IMG/VR virus record: IMGVR_UViG_3300025030_000046
Coordinates: 64,001-128,000 of that record
Reading direction: 5' to 3' (one strand)
Source of the DNA: a virus
Length of the DNA: 64,000 bases
The notes below the pieces were generated by a model that was given only the letters and a program-made list of their open reading frames with translations, made no database searches and was not told the DNA's origin. Each line of letters opens with the position of its first letter. Positions within the stretch are counted from its first letter, which is position 1. Below are positions 1 through 10,718 of the stretch, in pieces. The translations under genes and the position numbers were made by a program.

Positions 1-34
1 TTTTATTTATCATCTTTATCTCCTTCATAACTTA

Positions 35-63
35 ATTATACTTTTATATTTTAGTTTTGTCAA
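35..63 (-). promoter_or_regulatory. sigmaA-type leftward promoter with TAAAATATAAAA box in its spacer
   Basis: Minus strand TTGACA (63-58), 17 bp, TATAAT (40-35); repeated 12-mer at 42-53 lies between the hexamers. Confidence 0.7.
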
Positions 64-116
64 ACAATAATCTCCCCTTTTATCTTATTATATGTAAGAA
101 GATTCTTGCCTATGTC

Positions 117-428
117 TTATTGAATAAATTCATTGAAAATCTCAGTCCTAACACTTGTAAATTCTTCGTGGTTGTTTTTTAGCAAACCTAATCTAATATA
201 TTCTTTTGCTAAATAATTACCCTTTTCAACTAACTGCAATACCTCATAATCAAAATCAACATCTTCCAATTCCAATCCTGCAATTTCCATTACCGTTATC
301 AACCTCTTTTTAAATATTTCTTCCATATCACCAAGTAGTCTACTATAGCTGCAAAACATTCCTTCCATTTTTTCTACTGCTTTCGGAGTTGTAATCATTT
401 CTCTTACTGCTTCTTCAAACAAATTCAT
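117..428 (-). CDS. hypothetical phage protein
   Basis: 103-aa ORF with upstream GAGG-type RBS. Confidence 0.6.
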   Translation of the reverse strand: MNLFEEAVREMITTPKAVEKMEGMFCSYSRLLGDMEEIFKKRLITVMEIAGLELEDVDFDYEVLQLVEKGNYLAKEYIRLGLLKNNHEEFTSVRTEIFNEFIQ

Positions 429-482
429 ACATTGACCCTCACTTTTGTATTTTATTTTTATTACATTTTATTGCATACTTTG

Positions 483-510
483 TTGACTTTTACAAGATGC
501 ATGATATAAT
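483..510 (+). promoter_or_regulatory. sigmaA-type promoter toward the repressor gene
   Basis: TTGACT-16bp-TATAAT with extended -10 TG. Confidence 0.55.
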
Positions 511-643
511 TGCTAAGTATTTACTAATGCCATAAATAAATGTATGATAACTATATTGATTGCGTAAAATAATAGGTTGAAAAAGTTTCTTTTGGTGGGT
601 ACATATGTATATTATCAATATATTATTAACATGTCAATCGTAT

Positions 644-660
644 TTTTGATATTATCAAAA
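644..660. promoter_or_regulatory. 17-bp palindromic operator candidate
   Basis: TTTTGATA-T-TATCAAAA perfect dyad between divergent promoters, just upstream of the repressor RBS. Confidence 0.55.
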
Positions 661-678
661 TAAATTTAGGAGAAAAAA

Positions 679-1320
679 ATGACTAATAAATATGATAGAA
701 TAAAAATATCTCGTGAGAAAAAAGGATTGGAACAAGGAGAACTAGCTAAACTAGTTGGTAAATCACAAAGTATGGTATCTCTTTATGAAAAAGATCCTAG
801 AAAAACTCCTGTGGATGTTTTGGAAAAACTTTCGGAAATATTTAACACAACAGTTGATTATTTAATAGGACTCACCAATATTGAACAAAAGCCTGATAAT
901 TTGATTGAAATGAACGATGTAACAAAAGTACCCATACTTGGTACAATTCGTGCAGGAAGCCCTATTTTCGCACAGGAGAATGTAGAGGAGTATTTGCCTA
1001 TACCTATCGGATCAGTTAATCAAAAAGATAGTTTTGCTCTAAAGGTTACTGGAGACAGTATGATAGATGCTGGAATACAACATGGAGACACTTTATTAGT
1101 AAAGAAACAAGAGTGGCTTGATGCTGACGGAGACATAATGGTGGTTCTAGTAAATAATGACAGTGAAGCTACTGTAAAGAGAATGTTTAAAGATAAGGAT
1201 GGCATAATACTACAAGCAGCCAACAAAAATTATAAACCTATTGTTATAAATAAAAAAGACTTAGACTATGTTAAAATACTTGGCAAGGTTATAAAAATAC
1301 TTCTTCGGGACATAAAGTAA
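679..1320 (+). CDS. LexA/CI-like repressor (XRE HTH + S24 autopeptidase)
   Basis: N-terminal HTH (LEQGELAKLVGKSQSMVSLYE), cleavage site IRAG, catalytic GDSM and TVKR motifs. Confidence 0.9.
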   Translation: MTNKYDRIKISREKKGLEQGELAKLVGKSQSMVSLYEKDPRKTPVDVLEKLSEIFNTTVDYLIGLTNIEQKPDNLIEMNDVTKVPILGTIRAGSPIFAQENVEEYLPIPIGSVNQKDSFALKVTGDSMIDAGIQHGDTLLVKKQEWLDADGDIMVVLVNNDSEATVKRMFKDKDGIILQAANKNYKPIVINKKDLDYVKILGKVIKILLRDIK

Positions 1321-1343
1321 AAAGATGCATATGCATCTTTTTT
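1319..1343. terminator. bidirectional intrinsic terminator
   Basis: AAAAAGATGCATATGCATCTTTTTT dyad between convergent genes. Confidence 0.75.
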
Positions 1344-2299
1344 TATATATAATCCTCTATGTCTTTTCTTGTTTGATATTGATATTTTATATCTTTTCCG
1401 AATCTTTCATTTATTTTTTCGTATTCTTCTTTTTCTAAATCTCTGCCTAATTCAGCTTTTAATTCTTTCGCCAGCTGTATCATACCACTCATCCATATAT
1501 TTCGAGGGTTCAGATGAGGATTTTTATATTCTTCAGCTATTCTTTTTACCCTGCTATTTATTACTATATGGTTGAGTTTACCATTGTTATCGCCATGCAT
1601 CGCAGGTCTTAAAACATATTCTGTGTCGTGTATAGGCATATATTCACGTCTGCTAGATGTCCCCTTGCCGTTATTGGGATAATACAAATCTTTAACTATT
1701 GCGTCTTTTATAATTTCGATAGTTCTATATTTGACTTCTAGTATGCGTTCTGTACCATCATCTCTCGTTAATATTAATAAATTTCCTTCTACATCTGTTT
1801 TCTTCAAATTTACCAATTCTTCAAAATGTACCCCACTAACTCCTTCAAATAAAAGTGCTATTATAACTTTATCTTGTGGATTTTTACAAATATTTAATAT
1901 TTTATTTAATTCTTCTTCATCTTTTATAAATCTTTTTCTTTTTGCTATTTGATTTACATACCTATCCATATTTTGAGAATTATACTTGTCAAATAAATTA
2001 ATCTTTGTTTCTAAATATCCATGCTGTATACAGAACGCAACATATTTTTTTAAATAACTACTCTGAGATCTTGCTGAATTTGTAGAACCTAATTCCAATT
2101 GATTCATTAGCATCGCCACTTCATCATTGTTGAATTGATAAACGTCTTTATTTAATTGGACTTCCATACTGTTAGTTTTTTGAAATAAATAGCTAACCAT
2201 CTTCTGCGTACTTTTTGCATATTTTAATGTAATAAATCTTTCTTTTAATTCTTTGTTGTACATTGGCTTTTCTTTAATTTTCATTATATTTACCTCCAT
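1343..2299 (-). CDS. mrpR: MrpR/YopR(SroF)-like master repressor, catalytically degenerate tyrosine-recombinase fold
   Basis: MYNKELKERFI N-terminus, NPQDKVIIALLFEGVSG motif lacking catalytic Arg/His/Tyr pattern; directly downstream of a YopQ-like gene as in SPbeta. Confidence 0.75.
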   Translation of the reverse strand: MEVNIMKIKEKPMYNKELKERFITLKYAKSTQKMVSYLFQKTNSMEVQLNKDVYQFNNDEVAMLMNQLELGSTNSARSQSSYLKKYVAFCIQHGYLETKINLFDKYNSQNMDRYVNQIAKRKRFIKDEEELNKILNICKNPQDKVIIALLFEGVSGVHFEELVNLKKTDVEGNLLILTRDDGTERILEVKYRTIEIIKDAIVKDLYYPNNGKGTSSRREYMPIHDTEYVLRPAMHGDNNGKLNHIVINSRVKRIAEEYKNPHLNPRNIWMSGMIQLAKELKAELGRDLEKEEYEKINERFGKDIKYQYQTRKDIEDYI

Positions 2300-3600
2300 T
2301 ATATTGCTTTAAAAAACTCAGATATATTTTTAATATCTTTTGGTTTTAATTCTTTTTTAGTAATTCCTATTTCTTTTAATATTTCTGCCTCTATATTTTC
2401 AATCTCTTCTATTTTAGTTTTTAATATATCTCTCCAGTTTGAATCTTCTTGAATTTTAGCAAATAGAGCTATATATCCTATAAACATATTTTGCTTATTT
2501 ATCATGCTTGTGTCCTGAACTTTTTTTATATTATCCCTAAAAGCATCTGGCTTTAAGTATATTAAGTAATCAAAGCATTTATTTAACCAGTCAGCTACGA
2601 TTAGCGCTTCTGCTCTACCAGAATATTTAAAGTTACCTTTTATCGCTTTACTGATTATTTGATTCTCTACTAAGGCTCTCCCTGTATCTATCAATATTTT
2701 ATCTAATACAATCTTGCCCTTCATATCACTGTTTTCATTGATATTTTTAATTATTTCATTCTCAAGTGAGTCTGGATTCATATCTTCCTTATCTGAGTCA
2801 GACATATCATTGCGCTTAAATGATTGGTATATTAATTTTTTCGCCTTCTTTTTGTTATATCTAGTAATATTAACACCAAATTTATATTTTAAGTTTGGAT
2901 TAATTTCTAAGGCAGTTAATATACCTAATGATCTATGATACCCATCTATAATATTCAGTTTTCCAGATATTATTTTTAAAGTTTTGCTCTTATCGTTATA
3001 TTTCCAATCATCTGTTCCGTCTACTAATAAATTAATTGATATATTATCATTTGCTATAAATGTACCATTTAACAGCTCTTCACTTATCTCTTTCAATGAC
3101 CTAGGGTTAGGTCTAATTTCTTCAAAAATCAATCCATTTTTCTCAACTTGATGCATCTTTCTTTGCGTTTCAGGATTATATATTATAACCATGCGGTTAT
3201 ATAGCTCCGCAATTTCTTGCACTGTAAGTTTCACATGATAGTGATCGTTATTCATCTCTTCAGCATCTTTAAAAACTATTGGATATTTTTCTACTTCGTC
3301 TAATTTTTCATAATAATCTGCTGCTTCTGATTTTTCTGAATCCAAAAAGTAATCATCTGGATTTATATTTTTTTCTTCAGTAGCAACATACATAGCATCC
3401 GTAAAATGATATAATAATTTGGATTTGAGAACGCCAAGTGGAGTATTGTTATTTAATATACCTCTTGTATTACCTTCAATTACTCTTTCTTTTAAAAACT
3501 CTACCACTTTAACCTTAACATCTTCATTCCTATTGTATTTTTCAATGATGTAATATAATTCTCTCTCTAGTTCGTATCTTTCTTTTTTCATCTTGGTCAC
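2299..3600 (-). CDS. YopQ(SroE)-like DndB/ParB-like (DGQHR-type) protein
   Basis: YNPETQR and IIDGYHR motifs; synteny with the MrpR-like gene. Confidence 0.7.
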   Translation of the reverse strand: MTKMKKERYELERELYYIIEKYNRNEDVKVKVVEFLKERVIEGNTRGILNNNTPLGVLKSKLLYHFTDAMYVATEEKNINPDDYFLDSEKSEAADYYEKLDEVEKYPIVFKDAEEMNNDHYHVKLTVQEIAELYNRMVIIYNPETQRKMHQVEKNGLIFEEIRPNPRSLKEISEELLNGTFIANDNISINLLVDGTDDWKYNDKSKTLKIISGKLNIIDGYHRSLGILTALEINPNLKYKFGVNITRYNKKKAKKLIYQSFKRNDMSDSDKEDMNPDSLENEIIKNINENSDMKGKIVLDKILIDTGRALVENQIISKAIKGNFKYSGRAEALIVADWLNKCFDYLIYLKPDAFRDNIKKVQDTSMINKQNMFIGYIALFAKIQEDSNWRDILKTKIEEIENIEAEILKEIGITKKELKPKDIKNISEFFKAI

Positions 3601-3862
3601 TCCCTAATTTAAATTTTATATTTTTACTTTACTAATTTATCATATTATACACAATTTGTCAACAACTTATGCCTGCTAATTTTATATTTTTTATTTATAT
3701 TAATTTATAATATGTAATTCGACTCTGTCATATGCGAAATCATCGTGTTTTATTTATACTTTTCATATTTATATATTACCATGATATTATATATTTTGTC
3801 AATAATTTTATACCAAGTTTTATATTTAATATTATTGAACAAAAAAAATACTTGCAAATGGA

Positions 3863-4057
3863 TTAACCATCTACAAGCACATCTTCGTCTGTAAAATAAG
3901 GTTCTATTGTAATAGTGATTTCATTTACCTCAAAATCTTCATGCTCAATCATTTCTGGATGCTTTTCTTTCACGATGTTTACCGCATCAATTCTATCTTT
4001 CGCTGAAAGCACTAAGATATTAAATCTTGTTCTTTTGAAAGATACTACATATTTCAA
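3863..4057 (-). CDS. small hypothetical protein
   Basis: 64-aa ORF coupled to upstream ORF. Confidence 0.5.
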   Translation of the reverse strand: MKYVVSFKRTRFNILVLSAKDRIDAVNIVKEKHPEMIEHEDFEVNEITITIEPYFTDEDVLVDG

Positions 4058-4359
4058 CTATTTATCACGCCCTCTCTATTTAATATGTTTTCTCTGATAA
4101 AATCAATAAAATTTTCCTTTGATTGTTTTGGATCGGTAGGATTAATAATCTCACATAGCTCGTACCAAATTATAGGCTGCATTTCATTTAATCCTGATGC
4201 AAATTTAATTAAATTGTTTTTAGCCTCAGTGGTTTTAATAGGGTTTAATTTTGGTATCATATCCCACCATGAAAAATGTAGCTTTTGTGAATTGTCTAGC
4301 GTGGATTGTATTGTGTTGATTGTTGTGTTTAATTGCTGCATAAATAACCTCCAAAACAT
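4054..4359 (-). CDS. hypothetical protein (likely start MQQL)
   Basis: GGAGG RBS before the internal ATG. Confidence 0.55.
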   Translation of the reverse strand: MFWRLFMQQLNTTINTIQSTLDNSQKLHFSWWDMIPKLNPIKTTEAKNNLIKFASGLNEMQPIIWYELCEIINPTDPKQSKENFIDFIRENILNREGVINS

Positions 4360-4583
4360 TATTAATATAGGTTAATTATATTTCATAACCAGTCGCATTA
4401 AGTAGAATTTTGGCTAAATGGTTCGTTTTTGATTACATAAATCTTTAAAATTGTCGTTCACATCAAAAATCGTGCAACATGCAACAATTGTAATATATTA
4501 AGTAATGTCATAAATTGTCGAATGTATGAACTTCATTATTTGATGCATTATTTTATTTTTTAGTTAATTATATTATATTTTAA

Positions 4584-4802
4584 TCAAACTGCTAATAAAC
4601 CACCATGTAATTTTGCATCTGCCATTTTCTTTTCTAACACTTTAACATAATTGACACCTTTATTTATCCGTCTGTGTAGAGCATTTCCCACGTAAGGTTG
4701 CGTTAATAATAGTTCGCTATTATCTTTTATGAAAGCCGTCAACTGATTCAAAATTGCTACCTCTTGTTGCCATCTACTATTTACAAATTCTAATTTAGTC
4801 AT
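4584..4802 (-). CDS. hypothetical protein
   Basis: 72-aa ORF with GAGGTG RBS. Confidence 0.6.
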   Translation of the reverse strand: MTKLEFVNSRWQQEVAILNQLTAFIKDNSELLLTQPYVGNALHRRINKGVNYVKVLEKKMADAKLHGGLLAV

Positions 4803-4860
4803 TTATTTGCACCTCATTTTGTATTATATTTTAGTTTATAAACTCATTGAAATTGTTATT

Positions 4861-5151
4861 TTATTGCCACTTTATTTTTTGACCACATTTAAAACAGTAA
4901 ACATGTTGGTCTGAAATCAATCTTTCTCCACAATTACAATAACCTATTTTAGCATTTGGAATATATTCATCTGCTATATTTATTGTTTTGGATATCTGTT
5001 TATTTAATGCATCTATAGCAATTTCAATATGCTCAGCCGTACCATAATACCCCATATGCTCATCAATATTTCGTCTATCACTTTCTAATCTTTTTATTGT
5101 GTCTTCTATACTTTTAATATGCTTTAAATTACTCATGAAAATTCCTCCCAT
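4861..5151 (-). CDS. small Zn-ribbon protein
   Basis: CNCG...YCFKCGQKIKW C-terminus typical of phage accessory proteins. Confidence 0.65.
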   Translation of the reverse strand: MGGIFMSNLKHIKSIEDTIKRLESDRRNIDEHMGYYGTAEHIEIAIDALNKQISKTINIADEYIPNAKIGYCNCGERLISDQHVYCFKCGQKIKWQ

Positions 5152-5404
5152 TTATATAAAATCTATTTTTTGTTACAATGGTTTAATTTTGTTTATTATT
5201 TTTCTTGCTTCAGGCTTCATGGAGTAATTACAAACTCCTCTCTCTGTTAATGCCCTAAGTTTACAGTTATTTTCTTTTTTACAGGTATAGCACGCTTTCT
5301 TTTGAGTATCTATTTGTATTCTATAAATATCCGTCATTTATTTCCTCCTTCTGAAACCCGTAACCCTTGCTGTTACTGGTCTACAAATACGACAAAATAC
5401 TGGT

Positions 5405-5587
5405 TTATTTAATCTCATCTTCTTTAATTTTTTCATTGTTTCTCCATGTTTCTATAATAATCTTATTACAATAGCTAAAATCAGATACTTTAAAACTATA
5501 AGCCTTTTCTTTATCTGTTCCAACCCATTCATTATTACTTTCATTATACAAACAAGCAACAACAATATAAATTATCATTTGCACCAC
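5405..5587 (-). CDS. small hypothetical protein
   Basis: RBS AAGGAG; stop overlaps a 5-6-5 site. Confidence 0.5.
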   Translation of the reverse strand: MVQMIIYIVVACLYNESNNEWVGTDKEKAYSFKVSDFSYCNKIIIETWRNNEKIKEDEIK

Positions 5588-5617
5588 TCCTTACGTTAAA
5601 ATGTTGATTTTATAATA

Positions 5618-5878
5618 TTATTCATAAGTTGACCAAAAAGTTGTTTTAACATTATTAAAGCTTACGTCAATCATATATCTTTGCTTAAAATAATTTATTA
5701 TAAGATCATGGAATTCTTCTGTTGGGTTAATAATAAAACTTTCTATAAATCTTCTAGAAGATAATGTAATGTCTACTATATTTTCATTTTCTCTCTTTGA
5801 TAATATAATTATTGAGTTACAGATTTCCATATGTTCGTTAAATTTGTCTATCATTTCTATAGTTATTTCTTTTTGCAT
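5618..5878 (-). CDS. hypothetical protein (start MQKEITIE)
   Basis: AAAGGAG RBS precedes the internal ATG of the 5618..6025 ORF. Confidence 0.55.
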   Translation of the reverse strand: MQKEITIEMIDKFNEHMEICNSIIILSKRENENIVDITLSSRRFIESFIINPTEEFHDLIINYFKQRYMIDVSFNNVKTTFWSTYE

Positions 5879-5918
5879 ATTAACAACTCCTTTCAATAAA
5901 TCGTTAGTTTCATTTAAT

Positions 5919-6266
5919 TTATTTATAAAATTCAAATCCCTTTTCTTTACAATAATCTTCAACCCATTTCGGAATTTCCCATATCTGTTCATCAAAATTA
6001 AGACGCTCAACTGAATATTTTTCAATTAAATATCCACATTTCCTACATGCTTCTGCTTTCCAATGGCAACCACCCTCAAAAACATCCACTTCTTCAGAAT
6101 CATGATTACAATCATCTGGAATATCAAAATCATTATTATCCCAATGCTTTGCAACTTCTTCAAAAGATTTCCTAAGTTTAGGAATAAAAATATCAGAACA
6201 TGCATTAAATTTTAGATGCATTATAGTCCCATCATTAAATTTTACTAGACCATTAAAATTTGCCAT
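5919..6266 (-). CDS. Cys-containing hypothetical protein (start MANFNG)
   Basis: GAGGTG RBS; CNH...CRKC motif. Confidence 0.6.
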   Translation of the reverse strand: MANFNGLVKFNDGTIMHLKFNACSDIFIPKLRKSFEEVAKHWDNNDFDIPDDCNHDSEEVDVFEGGCHWKAEACRKCGYLIEKYSVERLNFDEQIWEIPKWVEDYCKEKGFEFYK

Positions 6267-6297
6267 ATCATTCACCTCTCTTAATAAATATCCCAAT

Positions 6298-6504
6298 TTA
6301 TTGCAATTCTTCAATATGTTCTTTTATCCAACTTAAAAACAAATCATAATCTCTTTCATTTATATAGTCATTATCTATTGCCATATTTACCCACCATTCA
6401 GGGACATCTGTTATAAGTATATCTGAAAAGTTCTTTTTAATTTCTTCTATTACTAATCTAAAACTATGAATCATTTTAATCACCTCTTTAATCAATTTTA
6501 CCAT
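6298..6504 (-). CDS. small hypothetical protein
   Basis: ORF with GAGGTG RBS before internal ATG. Confidence 0.5.
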   Translation of the reverse strand: MVKLIKEVIKMIHSFRLVIEEIKKNFSDILITDVPEWWVNMAIDNDYINERDYDLFLSWIKEHIEELQ

Positions 6505-6531
6505 ACACTTATTTACAATAGAATAGATTTT

Positions 6532-6894
6532 TTAATCAAACTTTTCTAAATAACTCAATCTATTTTTCAACCATTTTTCATATGCTGTTATTGCATAATT
6601 TAGTGCCTTGCTAATATCTTTAAATTGTTTTGTTTCAATCTCAAGACTCTTTTCACTATCGTCATCAGGATATACTACCCAATAATTATCTTTATTGGAT
6701 TCTGTGTAATTATTAAACCAAAAACCATCTTCATTTCTTGTTATAGTTATTGGCAAATCCCAAGCAATTTCAGTATGAATATATCCTTTAGGATAATTAC
6801 GTATATTTACCACACATATATTATTTTTTGAATTTATACAATCAATTTCTTCCTGCGTTAATGGTTTTTGCTTATCATAATTCACAACCCTCAC
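6532..6894 (-). CDS. hypothetical protein
   Basis: 120-aa ORF in the leftward accessory run. Confidence 0.6.
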   Translation of the reverse strand: MRVVNYDKQKPLTQEEIDCINSKNNICVVNIRNYPKGYIHTEIAWDLPITITRNEDGFWFNNYTESNKDNYWVVYPDDDSEKSLEIETKQFKDISKALNYAITAYEKWLKNRLSYLEKFD

Positions 6895-6933
6895 CCCTTT
6901 TTCTATTATCTGTTATACCATAAAACACATCTT

Positions 6934-7140
6934 TCATCTTCTTTCTGGACAATACCACAATGGATTAATTTGTTTTTTACATCTCGGATTATCACAATCT
7001 TCGCAAGGACTAAAACAACTTGTTTTTGCCATAAATTTTAAACTATTTCTAGCTTCTTGAAAATTAATACCATTGATAAATACTCCGTCTTTTAAAGCTA
7101 ATTTTGTTTCTTTGTTTAACTTTTTCTGATATTTGTTCAT
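6934..7140 (-). CDS. small Cys-rich protein
   Basis: CFSPCEDCDNPRC...YCP. Confidence 0.55.
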   Translation of the reverse strand: MNKYQKKLNKETKLALKDGVFINGINFQEARNSLKFMAKTSCFSPCEDCDNPRCKKQINPLWYCPERR

Positions 7141-7183
7141 TAGTTATCACTTCCTAATTTATATTTTCTTTAAAACAAGTCTT

Positions 7184-7372
7184 TCATTTGGTCTTATCTT
7201 TTAGGTATGCTGTTATTTCATCTTCCAATTCAAAATATGTTATTCCGTAAATGTTTGCCTCTCCTTCATGTCCATCTCTTTCCTCGTCTGGAATATTAAT
7301 GTTATGTTTTTCTAATAAGTCCTCAAACATATCAATAATATCAATTGCCATTTGTCTGATTTTATCATCCAT
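7184..7372 (-). CDS. small acidic hypothetical protein
   Basis: AGGAGG RBS; stop overlaps a 5-6-5 site. Confidence 0.6.
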   Translation of the reverse strand: MDDKIRQMAIDIIDMFEDLLEKHNINIPDEERDGHEGEANIYGITYFELEDEITAYLKDKTK

Positions 7373-7433
7373 TTTAAATTCCTCCTAATTATATTTTAGT
7401 TTTGTTATATCATAAAACAGTTCTTTCGTTGAA

Positions 7434-7919
7434 TTATTTGTGCCAAATATTATTGATACATGTATCATCTTTGCACTCGTAGCATTTTACACACGCTCTT
7501 GCTCTTTCTAATTTAACCTGCAAATCCATCTTGTCATTCTCGACCTGTTGAAGACGCTTACTTAGATTAAACAATGTGTTTGATAACTCAATATTCTGAT
7601 TTTGAAAATATTGCCTACTCCTTATTAAAGCATCTTTTGAAACATCTTGAAATATTTTAACATTCTCTTTACTCATACTTTCCCAATCTGCATGTTGACA
7701 TCTATACTCTTCTGCCAATTCTAAAGCTTTATTATATTCTTCTTGCTTATTTTTAATATCTCTATTCCATCCTGCACTAATAAAAATAAGCTCATCATCT
7801 TGTTTATCAATCATTGCTAATTGAGATAATAGTCTTGCTTCTTCGATAGTGTCTATACCGCTATATAATATTGCTCTTTCTTGTTTATCAAAATTTATAC
7901 TGAATATCGAATGTCCCAC
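7434..7919 (-). CDS. hypothetical coiled-coil/Cys-tail protein
   Basis: GAGGAGG RBS; 161 aa. Confidence 0.6.
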   Translation of the reverse strand: MGHSIFSINFDKQERAILYSGIDTIEEARLLSQLAMIDKQDDELIFISAGWNRDIKNKQEEYNKALELAEEYRCQHADWESMSKENVKIFQDVSKDALIRSRQYFQNQNIELSNTLFNLSKRLQQVENDKMDLQVKLERARACVKCYECKDDTCINNIWHK

Positions 7920-8321
7920 TGTTATACCTCCTCATTATATTTTATATACCTTCTCTTAATTGAATTCTTCCATTAACCTCTTCGTAATTAATGCTGCAAT
8001 TTTCACAAATACAGTGATACGCATCTTTAAATACTACCTCTGGATATTCATCTTCAAAACATTCTCTGTCACAATCTTGACATTTCATATAATTTTCTCC
8101 TCCTGTATTATTATATTTTTGGTTAAAAATAACCTTTTATTTAATCCATAGTTGATTTACAAACGGTATATAAATCTTATGATTATATGGCTTTCCAAAA
8201 ATCCAAATTCCCACCCTATGAAGCTTACCTTTCTTATCATACCTATAATATACCCCCAATTTGAAGGTTTTCTAATTTTATATTTCACTTTATCCTCCAA
8301 TCTTTTAACCAATCAAACCTT

Positions 8322-8591
8322 TTATTCACTTTCTATTTTTTTAATAGTAGTATCTATTAAATCTCTTAGACTTTCTAACCATCCTGCATCAAAATGAACT
8401 GTTTCATCACTAGATAATTGCTCATCATCTTCGTGCCATAATTCTATTAATGGACTACTGTTTTTTCTAGGTATAATTTTAAATGCATGAACACCATTGA
8501 TATAAATAATATTTTCTTCTTTCCAAAGTCTTTCTTTTCCTTCTTCTGTATAAATACTACCTTCCATATCTCCGTAATAAATACTAGCCAT
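8322..8591 (-). CDS. hypothetical protein
   Basis: GAGGAGG RBS; 89 aa. Confidence 0.6.
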   Translation of the reverse strand: MASIYYGDMEGSIYTEEGKERLWKEENIIYINGVHAFKIIPRKNSSPLIELWHEDDEQLSSDETVHFDAGWLESLRDLIDTTIKKIESE

Positions 8592-8633
8592 TATAAAACC
8601 TCCTCTGTTATCTAATGAAATAAACTTTTTATA

Positions 8634-9023
8634 TTAATCTACTGAATCAAAGTAAGACAATAACCATTCATCAAAATCTTGGTTTTCTATTTCTGATTCT
8701 TCCTCCACATTCCCTATGTGAGTTTCAATATGTTGTTTGAGCAATTTCAATCTATTCTCAATTAATTCTCCGCAAATTTGGCATTTTAAAACATCTTCTG
8801 TTATCTTAACTTCATTATCTTCAAAATCTATATAGTGATCCGCTTCATTTTCACACCCCTCAACTCCACAAATTCCATTCCCTGCATCCTCTTCGAGATA
8901 TTTAGTATCAATATTATGCTTTTCTGTACAGCATTTACAAATTTGTGACCACATCTTCAATCCGTTGTCATGGTCTGTTATATCATCAAATACAATACCC
9001 TTAAATTTCAATACCTGTGCCAT
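8634..9023 (-). CDS. Zn-finger protein
   Basis: CKCC/CGVEGC and C2H2 (CQIC...HIETH) motifs. Confidence 0.6.
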   Translation of the reverse strand: MAQVLKFKGIVFDDITDHDNGLKMWSQICKCCTEKHNIDTKYLEEDAGNGICGVEGCENEADHYIDFEDNEVKITEDVLKCQICGELIENRLKLLKQHIETHIGNVEEESEIENQDFDEWLLSYFDSVD

Positions 9024-10203
9024 ATCAATGACCTCCTGTTATATTATATTTTACTTAATGCCTATTTAAATATTTGTTCCAGAAGCATAATTCCATCAAG
9101 TAATAACTAGCTGCTGTTATAAGTGATCCTGTTATAAGTCCTAGAAGAAACATTTAAATCACTCATGCTTTATAAAATTTATCATCATTAACTGATCATT
9201 CCAACAACTTACTTAATATTCTTTCTATACTATCTATTAATTAATCACCTCGTCACAAATACCATATATTAATTGTGACCAAAAACCTGTTATATTTTCA
9301 ACCAAATAAGTTTTTTATTGTAATTCCTTAAACTTCAAGTATTCCTAATATACAAGCTACATTTCTTATTTCGTCTGTTCTAATACTGCTCTCTATTAAT
9401 TCTTCTCTGGTCGCATCTGTTTTAAATATAATTTCCGCATCGATTTTTTCGATTCTTTCTTTTAAGATTTTAATAACATCGGCTTTTCTCATTTTGTATC
9501 ACTCCTTTTATAATTTAGTTTTAATTTCTTTTCTTAATCGTTCTACTTCTCCAGCCCAATATGATATACTATGAAAGTCAACAGAACCATTTTCATTTTC
9601 TAATAAAAATCTTACTGCAACTTTCGAATATTCTAACTTTTTAATTAAATCAATCATAATATTTATTCCTCCATTATTTTATATTTTCAATATAAAACTA
9701 ATATTTGAATTTAATCAGCGATCTGTAATGATAAAATTATGCTAGCGAAACTTTGTATTGTCTTTACTCTCTGCATATTTGCAATTTCTTTATATATTTT
9801 ATTTTTATGTTTATAAGATATGTTCCATTTGTCACTCATGTTTACACCTCCCTGTTATATTAGTTTTTGTTCTTTTAAGTTATCATAAATCGTTTTATAT
9901 TCTTCTTCTGTTAAATTCAATTGTTCACTGATTGTTTCTTCGGTATAGCCATCATTAACCATTTGCATAAAATCATATTCATTCTTCATTAATATCATTC
10001 TAATGCCTCCCGTTATACCTTGAAATGCTTCTTTTATTAAAATCCATCCTGCTTAACTTTTTTATTAACTGCAATCATTACCAAATTATCGACTTCTTTT
10101 AAAAGCAAATCAAGCTTTTCGCCATTCTCTGGAGTAATTGTTTCTACTAACTCTCTCACTCCTCTTTTAGCTATTATAAAATCATCCTCTATTCTTCCTA
10201 TTT

Positions 10204-10389
10204 TCATTTTGTTGCTCCTTTTATAATATCAATTGTTTCCTTTTGCTCTTCTCGTGTTATGCCATTTAAAGCCTCAATTTCAATTTTATTATCTACAACT
10301 TTTAATTTCATCATTGCAATTAACTTTTCACCATTGAAAAAATCAACTCTTGCCCACGTATCAAATTTAGTAATTTGAATTGACTCCAT
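10204..10389 (-). CDS. small hypothetical protein (start MESIQ)
   Basis: AGGAGG RBS before internal ATG. Confidence 0.5.
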   Translation of the reverse strand: MESIQITKFDTWARVDFFNGEKLIAMMKLKVVDNKIEIEALNGITREEQKETIDIIKGATK

Positions 10390-10426
10390 AATAATTCGCC
10401 TCCTGTTATAAGTTAAAATACTTTTT

Positions 10427-10699
10427 TCATTCAATAATACATTCTTCTAATGTAATCCACGATGTTTTATCTGAATGATATCCTGCTATGTGTTTAATAA
10501 CACTATCTGTTATTTCTTCTTCGTGATATATTTCAGTATCCCAGATTGAAAAATGTGTTCCATATCCTCCAAAAACTATTACAATATTTTCATGTATTTC
10601 CATGCATGAACAACCAAAAACAAATGTGCTGCTTTTAATTTTGAAATTATCCCCTTCTTCCATCTGAATAATTTCATTCAATAAATCTTCCCTCGTCAT
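10427..10699 (-). CDS. hypothetical protein
   Basis: 90-aa ORF with RBS. Confidence 0.55.
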   Translation of the reverse strand: MTREDLLNEIIQMEEGDNFKIKSSTFVFGCSCMEIHENIVIVFGGYGTHFSIWDTEIYHEEEITDSVIKHIAGYHSDKTSWITLEECIIE

Positions 10700-10718
10700 T
10701 TTATTCTTATCCTTTCAC

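Noticed and set aside
2299-3600. DNA phosphorothioation (dnd) system
   Set aside because: Only a DndB-like motif is present; no dndACDE, and the context matches SPbeta yopQ-yopR
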